From the IMG/VR virus record IMGVR_UViG_3300037067_004608, positions 32,001 to 96,000 of that record: 64,000 nt of DNA; one strand, 5' to 3'. Below are positions 33,382 through 42,175 of this stretch, piece by piece. The DNA is from a virus. Its lineage: Duplodnaviria; Caudoviricetes. The position numbers were made by a program, and so were the translations under genes. Numbering within the stretch: the stretch's first letter is position 1; every line of letters begins with the position of its first letter. Below the pieces are notes generated by a model. That model ran no database searches and had not been told where the DNA came from. It worked only from the letters and a program-made list of their open reading frames with translations.

Positions 33382-33520
33382 TTGCCAGAGTAGCCGGAAG
33401 GCGTATAGATAAGCGGGAACGACGTTCGGAAGTGATTTTGGTTTCAAGTATCCTGCCTGAAAGTGCTCTCCGCTGCCATCAACTTCGGACGCTTTCCCAG
33501 CTTTCAGGCAGGATTTTCTT
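33382..33520 (+). promoter_or_regulatory. Promoter plus stem-loop leader of the replication operon
   Basis: TTGCCA-N14-CGTATAGATA, then ATCCTGCCTGAAAG/CTTTCAGGCAGGAT 14-bp stem and a T-run. Confidence 0.55.
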
Positions 33521-33536
33521 TATCTTGGAGACAACC

Positions 33537-33998
33537 ATGACTGCGCACTCATTTGAAGAAGATATTTTTGGAGAAGGATATGTCTCTCCAAGGACTCAGC
33601 AAAAGAAGCCAAAAAATGATCTTATAAATACATGGAAACATATCTACCTTAAAGTTTATGAGGTAGAGTTTGATAGGATGAGCGACCCTAGCCTTTTTGT
33701 TGCCTGCACCGACCTAGCCCGCTTCTGTAAAACACACAACCTCGATATAGAAGAATACGTAACTTGGGCAATGTCATCATTTGACGTATTCAGTCCCCGA
33801 AGAATAACAACTGAGAAGTTCCTCTCTGCGTTCCTGAGCAGCCGAGTCCCTGTTGATGCATCAGGAGGCTACTTCATCATAGAAACAGGAGAAGTAGTCC
33901 CTATGGTTTTCCAGGAAAACGGTCAAGTAGCTCTTGAACTACCTTCAGACGGCCAGGTCTTTGTAGATGGTAAGCTTGTCCATGCCAAAAGGGTGTGA
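33537..33998 (+). CDS. Hypothetical replication-initiation-associated protein
   Basis: GGAG RBS, start MTAHSFEED; directly upstream of the DnaC-like and DnaB genes. Confidence 0.6.
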   Translation: MTAHSFEEDIFGEGYVSPRTQQKKPKNDLINTWKHIYLKVYEVEFDRMSDPSLFVACTDLARFCKTHNLDIEEYVTWAMSSFDVFSPRRITTEKFLSAFLSSRVPVDASGGYFIIETGEVVPMVFQENGQVALELPSDGQVFVDGKLVHAKRV

Positions 33999-34615
33999 CG
34001 AGCATGGGAAGTCTTGAATACGATTTAGTAGAAGAACTAAAGGCCAAAAACGCTCCTCCAAGGGATAGAGCTTACGCAGCTGCTAACATCCCTCAAGAGT
34101 TTTGGGATATAACCCGAAACGATATAGAAGTAACTCAAAAGAACAAACCTGTATATGATTTTGTCACAAGCTATGTTGACAACTTGCATACCAGGATTAA
34201 AGAGGGAAAAGGTTTAACACTAATTGACGTAGCAAAGTCTGGAAAGACATTATTTGGCTGCGCAATAATAAAGTCAGCTGCTATAGACCCAGCAACTCTG
34301 AGACGCGAATATAGAATACATAGAGTCAACTATGATACTATCATAGAAGATTTCTCTCATATTCGCAATGAGCAAGATACTTATATGCAATTGAGGAATA
34401 GTTTAGCCAGAGATGATATTCTATTTATAGATAGTATATCATACACTAGCCCTCCAGGTATTTTGCTATCAATAGCAAGAACAAGAAGAGACTTTAGAAA
34501 GTCAACAATACTGGCTACTTCTCTTGCTCCAATTCAATTAGAGCAAGCAAGATCAAGAGAGTTGATAGATATATTCAAAGATGTAAATGATCAATATTCG
34601 GTGAGCAGGAAGTGA
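33995..34615 (+). CDS. DnaC/IstB-like AAA+ helicase loader (degenerate motifs)
   Basis: AANIP..F, GKGLTLIDVAKSGKT, DILFID, R....KSTILATSL. Confidence 0.7.
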   Translation: MTSMGSLEYDLVEELKAKNAPPRDRAYAAANIPQEFWDITRNDIEVTQKNKPVYDFVTSYVDNLHTRIKEGKGLTLIDVAKSGKTLFGCAIIKSAAIDPATLRREYRIHRVNYDTIIEDFSHIRNEQDTYMQLRNSLARDDILFIDSISYTSPPGILLSIARTRRDFRKSTILATSLAPIQLEQARSRELIDIFKDVNDQYSVSRK

Positions 34616-36051
34616 TCGAACTATCAGATGTTCAGCTTGAGAGACAATTAGTTAGTTCTATGTTCCATGATGAACGAGTTCTAACTGATCTCATAGTGCC
34701 TTGGGAATCTAAAAGAGGGAAAGACTGGTTCACTCAGACAGAGCTTAGATGGATAGCTGTAAAGGTAATGAGAAATTACAGGACTTACGGTTGTATTCCA
34801 TCTAAACAACTGCTGCTATCAGCTTTGCGAGATGAGACTGCTAAAGCAGGAAGAGAAGAAGAAGCAAGAGAAGCTATACATGAACAATATGACATTCTTA
34901 TAGATAGACTTATTCAAGGAGAATCGTCATCAAGAGAAGTATGTTCAGCAATCTCTGATCGTCTCATAAAGCTGCTAACAAATAGAGAAATTGCAAACTC
35001 TGGAGAAAAGTTTGCATCTTTGCTTGAATCAGGAGATATTGAAGCAGGATATAATGATCTAAAATCTCACATTCTAGCTATTGATGAACTTAAAGCTCCA
35101 AGCTCTATAATAACTGGAGATATATTCGATCTTGAAGAAGAGATTGAATATATCAGAAGGCGACGAGAAAATCCTGAATTATTCAAGGGTATACCAACTG
35201 GCATTTCAGTTTTTGATAATGAAACTCAAGGTATACACAATGGAGAAACAGGATTTATTGTTGGACCATCTGGTAGAGGAAAGACAACTCTCGCATGCGA
35301 GATAGGATATAATGGACTTAGAGCAGGTTTTAATGTATTACAGTTTACAATAGAATCTGCTCTTCAGCTAATAAAGTTCAAATACTATGCTCGCATATCA
35401 CAGATACCATATAACTATTTCAAATTTGCAGCACCTGGAGAACCAGACAATGATTGGATGGAAGAATGGCTTGCATCCATGGGTCGTCTTGGAGAAAAGA
35501 TTGATTCAAGACTAAAGATTGTTGATATACCAGAAGGCTGCACTCCTTCTCTCATAGAAGATATATGTATGCACAGATTCGGGAGTTGGAGACCTGATTT
35601 AGTTATAATAGATCATCAAGGTTTGCTTAATCCCGATGCTGGTCAGATGGGGAAAGGCAAATTAGGATGGGATACACAGGGAGAGATTTCTCAAACACTT
35701 ATGGGCAAAGCCCGTATGATGAGAAACTCAAAAGGTGAAAGAGGAATTGGATTATGGGTTCTTGCCCAAGGTCATCCTTCTCTGCTGAAACGCAAAGCTG
35801 AAGACATATCAGTAGCAGATGTTGGACTTAGTTATCTAATTGCTCAACCTGCTCATTATATTATACATATAATACGTGATGATATAATGGCTGCAAATGA
35901 CGAGGCAATTTTGAAACTAACAAAAGTTAGAGATGGTAGAGATGGTCTAATAGCTTATGTCAAGACTAACTTTGCTACTTCTACATTTATAGCACGAGAA
36001 GAAGCATCAGGAACTATGGCAGAAGTCCAAGAAAGTAGAGTTCTGTTCTAG
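34612..36051 (+). CDS. dnaB: DnaB-like replicative helicase
   Basis: GIPTG...FD....G, GPSGRGKT, FTIE, LVIIDH, KVRDG. Confidence 0.9.
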   Translation: MIELSDVQLERQLVSSMFHDERVLTDLIVPWESKRGKDWFTQTELRWIAVKVMRNYRTYGCIPSKQLLLSALRDETAKAGREEEAREAIHEQYDILIDRLIQGESSSREVCSAISDRLIKLLTNREIANSGEKFASLLESGDIEAGYNDLKSHILAIDELKAPSSIITGDIFDLEEEIEYIRRRRENPELFKGIPTGISVFDNETQGIHNGETGFIVGPSGRGKTTLACEIGYNGLRAGFNVLQFTIESALQLIKFKYYARISQIPYNYFKFAAPGEPDNDWMEEWLASMGRLGEKIDSRLKIVDIPEGCTPSLIEDICMHRFGSWRPDLVIIDHQGLLNPDAGQMGKGKLGWDTQGEISQTLMGKARMMRNSKGERGIGLWVLAQGHPSLLKRKAEDISVADVGLSYLIAQPAHYIIHIIRDDIMAANDEAILKLTKVRDGRDGLIAYVKTNFATSTFIAREEASGTMAEVQESRVLF

Positions 36052-36273
36052 GAGATAGCAATGAACTTTAATTTTACACCAAATAACACAATGGATGTTG
36101 TTAGATACCTTATGTCTGAATATGATGTAACAGAAGCTGAAGGCGCTAGACTTGTTGAGACATATAACTACATCTATTCAGAAGGTGTTGATTGCGGTAG
36201 TTTTGTATACTACATAGGTGATGAGATAGCAAAGGCAGATATGATCAAGAAAAAGTCGTAGTGAGGTGATAAT

Positions 36274-36926
36274 GTGGAGCACTCATTTGAGGATTTTAAC
36301 ATAATAACTCCTGATCCTCATCTCTTGCTCCATAGTAATATACCAAAGCCATTACACGAGGTAAATCCAAGAACTATTAAAGGAAGGAATTGGTGGGACG
36401 AGCAGAGAAGGAGAATATATAGCGAGCAGGGTGACCGTTGTGCAGCTTGTGGAGTTCATAAGAGTCAAGCCAAAGGCAAGAAGAAATGGCTTGAGTGCCA
36501 TGAAATCTATGAGATAGATTGGAAACGTGGAACAGCAAAGTTCATAAAGTTAATTGCTCTGTGTCCATATTGTCATATGTTTATTCACAATGGCAGAATG
36601 CAGGCACTTTATGATCAAGGAGAAATAAGCACTAGACAAACTTTGCTGTTATCAAACATGGAACAGAACTTCTCGATAAAGCTGGTATTAGAAGTCAGTG
36701 GGAGCATAGGCATGATGCTTGTAATTATTCTCCAAATTGGAATAAATGGAGACTAATATTTGAAGGAAAGAAATATAAACCAAAGTTCAAATCATATGAT
36801 GAATGGCTTAAACACTTTGGATATAAAATAGATATGACACCAAAGGCAAGTCCATTCTTCAATAATGCAAGAATATCTGATGTTCTTGATGAATATGATA
36901 CATACGAAGAACTTTTTGGAAACTAG
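36274..36926 (+). pseudogene. HNH endonuclease broken by a frameshift near 36636-36642
   Basis: RCAACG...LECHE...LCPYCH...H in frame 0; the -1 frame continues about 95 codons (FAVIKHG...WNKWRLIFEGKKYKPKFKSYDEW...) to TAG at 36926. Confidence 0.7.
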
Positions 36927-36934
36927 GAGATAAG

Positions 36935-37162
36935 ATGCCGATATACGAGTTCTATTGTGTAAATTCAGGATGTCCTGGATTCAATTCTATTATAGAAGAA
37001 ACCCAGAGAATGAATGATGAGCACAAAGCACAATGCCAATTCTGTGGTGGAGATATGAAAAGGAAGTTTGGGAACTTCATAGATCAATATAAAGGTGAAG
37101 GATTTACCAGATCAGCAGATGCGAAAGAGGAAGTTGATGTGTGGAAATCAAAAGGAGAATGA
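36935..37162 (+). CDS. FmdB-family zinc ribbon protein
   Basis: MPIYEFYC...C...CQFCGG.MKR.F....YKGEGF. Confidence 0.85.
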   Translation: MPIYEFYCVNSGCPGFNSIIEETQRMNDEHKAQCQFCGGDMKRKFGNFIDQYKGEGFTRSADAKEEVDVWKSKGE

Positions 37163-37402
37163 GTGCGAACAAGAAGTTTGTGAGTTCTGTCTTTATTATA
37201 CTATTGAAGAAAAGAAATGTGATAATAGAGATGAGTCACCAATAGACCCTGATGACAGCTGTGAGATGATCATCAGTATGAGATGTACAACATGTAAACA
37301 GAAACGTGGCGAGCCTAGAATAGACAATGGTATAAAAGCAGGAGTTCATTGTGATGAGTGTTGGAATAAAATGTTAATAGACTGTAGAAAGAGAAGCTGG
37401 TA

Positions 37403-38455
37403 ATGGCAAGAATAAAGGTTAAAGATCAGCATATTGATATTGATCTTATGCAGTTGATGACTGATTATGGCATCAAAGGCAAGAAGATCGGTAATGAGTA
37501 TGTTGCTTTTTGCCCTTTCCATGATGATAATTCTCCAAGTTGGTCTCTAAAGCTCGAAGGAGATAGAGCTGGTCTATGGCATTGTATGTCCTCTAGTTGT
37601 GAGTTAAAAGGAAATATAATAACACTCATAACTATGATGGAAAATTGCGGTTATAAAGAAGCAATTGCATCACTAACTGCTATAGAATCAGAAATAAATG
37701 TATACCAAAAAGATTTAGATTCACTAGTTAATAGACTGCTATCAATAGGAATAGACACTAGGCAGTCTAGCCTCAGATACAAAGTTCCACCAGACTGTAG
37801 TAAATCATACGTTCAAACCTTCTTCACAAATCCAAAAGAAAAAGGAGGTAGAGGATATTCAAAAGAAGAGTTTGAACAATTGATTGTTGATGATGTAGTA
37901 TATTGTGAATCAGGTTTCTTCAGGAATAAGATCATAGTTCCAATCTACAATGAATCGGGCGAGCAAATCTCGTTTGTAGCAAGAACTCTTGATCCAAATG
38001 TCATGGAGAAATACAGATACCCAAAGGGCTGGATGAAGAATCTCTTTGTTTACAGAATGGAAGCTAATCCATCTGAGCCTCCGGTTATATGTGAAGGAAT
38101 ATTTGATGGCAAGCATATACAAGGTATCTGGAATAGAACTGCATTAGTAGTCTTTGGCAGTTCTCTTACTACAGCGCAAATAGCGTGGATAGCAAAAAGA
38201 TACGACAAAGTAACATTTAGCCTTGACGGAGATAAGGCAGGAAGGAAGGGAACCTATCACGGTATAAAAAGCATGCAACAATTTGGAACTGATATCACTG
38301 TTATGGAGCTACCCGATGGCTTCGACCCTCCTGGAGTTTCAAGGACGGAAATGACTAATCTAGTATTGATGGCAGCAAAGGACTATGGAGAGAAATGGGA
38401 GAGAAGTCATATGTTGAGCAGATTCTCGATGACTGGCATCCGAGGATCAAAATGA
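37403..38455 (+). CDS. dnaG: DNA primase (CHC2 zinc finger + TOPRIM)
   Basis: CPFHDDNSPS, WHC...C, ICEGIFDG, SLDGDKAG, DP. Confidence 0.9.
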   Translation: MARIKVKDQHIDIDLMQLMTDYGIKGKKIGNEYVAFCPFHDDNSPSWSLKLEGDRAGLWHCMSSSCELKGNIITLITMMENCGYKEAIASLTAIESEINVYQKDLDSLVNRLLSIGIDTRQSSLRYKVPPDCSKSYVQTFFTNPKEKGGRGYSKEEFEQLIVDDVVYCESGFFRNKIIVPIYNESGEQISFVARTLDPNVMEKYRYPKGWMKNLFVYRMEANPSEPPVICEGIFDGKHIQGIWNRTALVVFGSSLTTAQIAWIAKRYDKVTFSLDGDKAGRKGTYHGIKSMQQFGTDITVMELPDGFDPPGVSRTEMTNLVLMAAKDYGEKWERSHMLSRFSMTGIRGSK

Positions 38456-38949
38456 TGATTGCCCGCTGCGGCTTTGGCGCAGAGGACAAAGAATTGTTAG
38501 AGAATGAGCTACTTGAGAAAGTAGTAACGTGTATCGAAGAATACGACACATCATACGATGCAAAGTTCGATACATTCACCAATAGATGTTTAATGAATCA
38601 TATTCAGGTTCATCTAAGAGGTGAGAAAAGAAAGAAGCACTCATTTATATCGAACTCAATGTCCTTGGATTACACAATTGATGAGGGAGATACAATCTCA
38701 GAACTTATCGCTGATCCAAAGGCAATATCTGCAGATACCATTATTTTCAACATAACTTTGAGTGAAATAATGAATCTGCTTCCTGATGTTTGCAAAGAGA
38801 TAGTAAGCCTTCTTTGCGCAGGTTTGAGTGAGTCAGAAATAGCAAGAATTATTGGAGAAGAATCTCGACTAGTAAGAGGATATATCGAGGAATGTATACA
38901 GCCTTTAGTGGTAGAACTACTTCTTTGTGAGGAAAGAAATGACGGATAA
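38395..38949 (+). CDS. Sigma-70 family RNA polymerase sigma factor (compact, regions 2 and 4)
   Basis: YD.SYDAKFDTF..RC..N, SLD, LP...EIV.L...GLSESEIARIIG. Confidence 0.8.
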   Translation: MGEKSYVEQILDDWHPRIKMMIARCGFGAEDKELLENELLEKVVTCIEEYDTSYDAKFDTFTNRCLMNHIQVHLRGEKRKKHSFISNSMSLDYTIDEGDTISELIADPKAISADTIIFNITLSEIMNLLPDVCKEIVSLLCAGLSESEIARIIGEESRLVRGYIEECIQPLVVELLLCEERNDG

Positions 38950-39209
38950 GCAGGAAACCAAAATTGTACCAGAGAAGCCATGCAAAATGGATTATCCAGC
39001 AAAGGAAGAGTTCGTAGCTCTTGGTATCAAAGAAGTTGCAGCAATAATTGCAGCAGCTCTTGAAATAAAAGCAGGAAATAGCATAGCTATAATTGAAGGT
39101 GCAAAGTTTGATTCTCTGAGACCCAAGCAGGCGATCTTTGTTCCAGGAAAACATGTTCCTGCAGTTCCTTGTGTTGTCCTCAAACTTAAATGGGAAGAGG
39201 AGAAGAAAA

Positions 39210-39827
39210 ATGAGATTACAGTATCCTAATAATGTTTGTGACTGCGCTCTCTGTGAAACTAGAAGTGTAGCAAAGCAGGTAGTTCCTGGATTTGGAAATC
39301 CTAATGCAGATATAATGATAATTGGACAGAATCCAGGTAGAGAAGAAGATGCTCAAGGAAAGCCATTTGTTGGTAAATCAGGAGATTGGCTTGATAGAAT
39401 CCTCAAGTCAATCTGTCACAAAAGAGAAGAGGTATTTATCACAAATACTGTTAAATGCCTAACTCCTAACAATAGACTTCCAGAGCCACAAGAAATAGAG
39501 AAGTGTGCTTATTGGTTGATACAGGATGTTAAAGCTGTAAACCCGTCACTAATAATCCCTCTCGGAGCTTGTGCTCTTCAAGCAGTTACCTGTGCTCCTC
39601 CTGATACTAGGATAACAGAGTATGCAGGAAGGACTATCAATAGTCCTGTGGAAGTTTTCAAGGACAAACTGATCTTTCCATTGATGCATCCTGCAACATT
39701 AGCATACAATTTCAGTAGGAATTATCCTCCATATTGTACACATGTTGCAAATCTTTTTGCTCTTCTCATAGAGCTTGGTATATTAGAGCCGAGTTCAGAA
39801 AACTGGAGAGATGACTTCAAGTTTTAA
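39210..39827 (+). CDS. Uracil-DNA glycosylase family 4 (Fe-S)
   Basis: CxxC, IGQNPG.EED.QGKPFVGKSG, ITNTVKC, E...C, LGA.A, HPA. Confidence 0.92.
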   Translation: MRLQYPNNVCDCALCETRSVAKQVVPGFGNPNADIMIIGQNPGREEDAQGKPFVGKSGDWLDRILKSICHKREEVFITNTVKCLTPNNRLPEPQEIEKCAYWLIQDVKAVNPSLIIPLGACALQAVTCAPPDTRITEYAGRTINSPVEVFKDKLIFPLMHPATLAYNFSRNYPPYCTHVANLFALLIELGILEPSSENWRDDFKF

Positions 39828-39887
39828 GTGCTGATAACTATAAGAAGTCGTATAAAGAACTATACGACTACTAGAAAAGGCGTATGT

Positions 39888-40586
39888 ATGGAGCATAGTT
39901 TTGATGATGAGTTAGAGGAACATGGAGGAAGTGTTGTTGGAACATTAGAATCCAACAATTTTCCTATTGGACCAGAAGAACTCTTACAGATAGAAGTAGT
40001 TTTGCCTAACCTTGGTAAAAAGGTAAAGCACGACATATTCAATACTCTTCATAATAAAGCTCTTGAAGACCCTTGGAGCTTATCAGAAGAAATGGATAAA
40101 GCTCCTGTCTGGTATGCATACTATGGAAACCTAAGCGCCGAAGCTGATGCTGCAGTCTCTGAAGCTGAGCAGGAGTATGATGAATGGTATGCTCTTGCGT
40201 ATGAGGTAGCAAAAGACTATCTTGATGGCAAATATGACAAAGTTACAGAGACTATGATTAAGACAACAATACCAGGGATGTTTAGAGAACCTGGTAATTG
40301 GAAAATCGCTACTGGTGAATTTGACGGTAAAGAGTATCTCAGTGAAGAGGTTCACTTAATGTCATTTTCAGAAATACGTAGCAAAAAGAGGGAGGCAGAG
40401 AAGAAAGCAAATCTAATGAGGGTATATGCTAATTCTTTGAGATATAAGATACAGCTTCTACCATCTCAGATGAGTCTTGCACGCTCGTTACTTGAGAATC
40501 CAGAAATGCGAAGTCTCAAACGGACAAACACAGGAGTGATAAGCTCCAGCGAATCAAAACTAAGTAAGGAGACAGCGGAAAAATGA
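39888..40586 (+). CDS. UvsY-like recombination mediator (helical)
   Basis: LSEEM...P..YAYY, K.TE..IK pattern; directly upstream of SSB; start MEHSFDD. Confidence 0.5.
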   Translation: MEHSFDDELEEHGGSVVGTLESNNFPIGPEELLQIEVVLPNLGKKVKHDIFNTLHNKALEDPWSLSEEMDKAPVWYAYYGNLSAEADAAVSEAEQEYDEWYALAYEVAKDYLDGKYDKVTETMIKTTIPGMFREPGNWKIATGEFDGKEYLSEEVHLMSFSEIRSKKREAEKKANLMRVYANSLRYKIQLLPSQMSLARSLLENPEMRSLKRTNTGVISSSESKLSKETAEK

Positions 40587-41485
40587 CAGACAAAGATTCA
40601 GACACCATCGTAAAAGGAGAGGAAGTTGACGAATCTCAAGGCATAGGCTTTGATGATGAGTATGAAGACTTTCAATCTGAGTGGGAACGCGACCACCAAT
40701 CTATCGGGCGTGCAGGTAATATTCTGCGCCAGCAGGATTTGAAGCTCGGCGAAACAAGAGTCAGAATCGTTGACCCTTGTAAGTATTTCTCGTGTTTTGT
40801 CCACAGTATGCAAGACACACATGGTAAATGGAAGAGACTCGTTTGCCATGGAGAGAAAGAGATCATGCTCGACAAGAGCAGAAAACCTCCGATGGACCCT
40901 GAACACTGCCCAATATGCGAGCACATACTCGCAAACAACTTGAAGCAGGGATTCCCAAAAAGGAACTTCTACTTCAGAGTTATAAGCAGACAGAGGCAAG
41001 CTGAATGCACAGAGCAGGGAATCCCAAATGAGATTCTCATTCTTCAATGTGGTCCGCAGCTGTTCGATTCGATGTATGATATTGCGACAACTGCAGACTA
41101 CAAGGAGGATCTGTTTGAGGATGATGGAACAACTCCAAAGATGGATCCAAGAAAGCCAGGAGTGCAGGCATCGAGAATCAATCTAACCCTCTTTGACTTC
41201 ATCATAAAGAAGGAAAAGACAGGCAATGCTGATGTCGATGTTCAATATTCTGCCCAGGCTGCATGGAAAGGTAGAGGCCCTCTTACTGATGAGGAAGCGA
41301 AGCTCATTGCGGAAGGACTACCATCTGTCGACAATCTGATCAAGCCTTCTTCTGAAGAGAAGATCAAGGCTGTTCTCTTTGGAGAAAGTGATGGTAGCGA
41401 ATCAGAGCCAGATGAGCCTCGTGGTAGAAGGACAGCAAAATCTCCTAGTTCTGATTCTGGCGATGTTCCTTTCGATAAAGAATGA
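40583..41485 (+). CDS. Single-stranded DNA-binding protein (gp32-like)
   Basis: VRI...H....C...CPIC Zn motif, DFIIKK..G..V.Y, acidic tail ending DVPFDKE. Confidence 0.75.
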   Translation: MTDKDSDTIVKGEEVDESQGIGFDDEYEDFQSEWERDHQSIGRAGNILRQQDLKLGETRVRIVDPCKYFSCFVHSMQDTHGKWKRLVCHGEKEIMLDKSRKPPMDPEHCPICEHILANNLKQGFPKRNFYFRVISRQRQAECTEQGIPNEILILQCGPQLFDSMYDIATTADYKEDLFEDDGTTPKMDPRKPGVQASRINLTLFDFIIKKEKTGNADVDVQYSAQAAWKGRGPLTDEEAKLIAEGLPSVDNLIKPSSEEKIKAVLFGESDGSESEPDEPRGRRTAKSPSSDSGDVPFDKE

Positions 41486-41512
41486 CAGTCGGTCTAGCCG
41501 TCGTATAGATAG

Positions 41513-41768
41513 TTAGCCGAACGGTTCGAGAGAACCGTGTAGTTTGGTTAGCAGGAGAAGGAGTAAGCGAACTGCCGAAGGCCAAGGTTCTGGTTGCTAG
41601 GATGCCAGACTCCTGCGGGGAATGCTTGTAGGAAAGATCAAAGGCTTGACCAGAGATCGTAAGCACAGAGGCCCATGATAACCTTGTGTTATGTAGACTG
41701 GAGTTGTGCCCAGAGCGGTATTCCCTAGAGCCTAAGTTGTTGAAGTAAAAGCAGTAAGCAGCTTAGGT
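41513..41768 (+). ncRNA. Candidate structured ncRNA upstream of tmRNA
   Basis: Promoter ATGACA-N14-CGTATAGAT; stems ACGGTTC-GAGA-GAACCGT, GCAGGAG/CTCCTGC, GGGAATGCT/GGTATTCCC, CCTAAGTTG/CAGCTTAGG; CAAGGT complementary to loop ACCTTG. Confidence 0.55.
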
Positions 41769-41769
41769 A

Positions 41770-41803
41770 GAAGGGGATTCTTTGGAAGCAAGGAATCCCC
41801 TTC
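41770..41803 (+). terminator. Hairpin (terminator or processing site) before tmRNA
   Basis: GAAGGGGATTCTTTG-GAAG-CAAGGAATCCCCTTC. Confidence 0.6.
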
Positions 41804-41826
41804 ATTGTTCTTTGATATTTTAATAT

Positions 41827-42175
41827 GGGGCCGAAATGGTTTCGACAGAGGGCAGACGAAGCATACTGCGAGCCGAGATGACTGTAGGACTCGTGAATCA
41901 GTCAAACAATAAAAGCGAATACAGACACACTCTCTTCCATCGCTGGCAGAAATGCCGACATGGAAGTAATGGCTGCCTAGCGTAGCCTGTCTCTCATTCT
42001 GACTCCGATATGATGAGAGGCTCAAATTATCGGACTGGCAAGCTGAACCACAATATGACGATAGTGGGAGGGGTCACCTCCAGCTCTAATCGTGGAAGAA
42101 AAGATGGTGACTACGCTCGTAGACGTTTGTTAGAAAACCTTTTGGACAGGGGTTCGATTCCCCTCGGCTCCACCA
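41827..42175 (+). ncRNA. ssrA: tmRNA
   Basis: 5' GGGGCCGAAATGGTTTCGAC; 3' CAGGGGTTCGATTCCCCTCGGCTCCACCA with G3:U Ala determinant and encoded CCA; tag frame 41915-41980 ANTDTLSSIAGRNADMEVMAA*. Confidence 0.97.

Noticed and set aside
41521-41540. GGTTCGA as a tRNA T-loop
   Set aside because: It is part of a simple ACGGTTC-GAGA-GAACCGT hairpin with no cloverleaf. No tRNA gene was found in the window.
41626-41640. GTAGGAAAGATC as the RNase P P4 motif
   Set aside because: Lacks GAGGAAAGUCC and the matching 3' conserved region.
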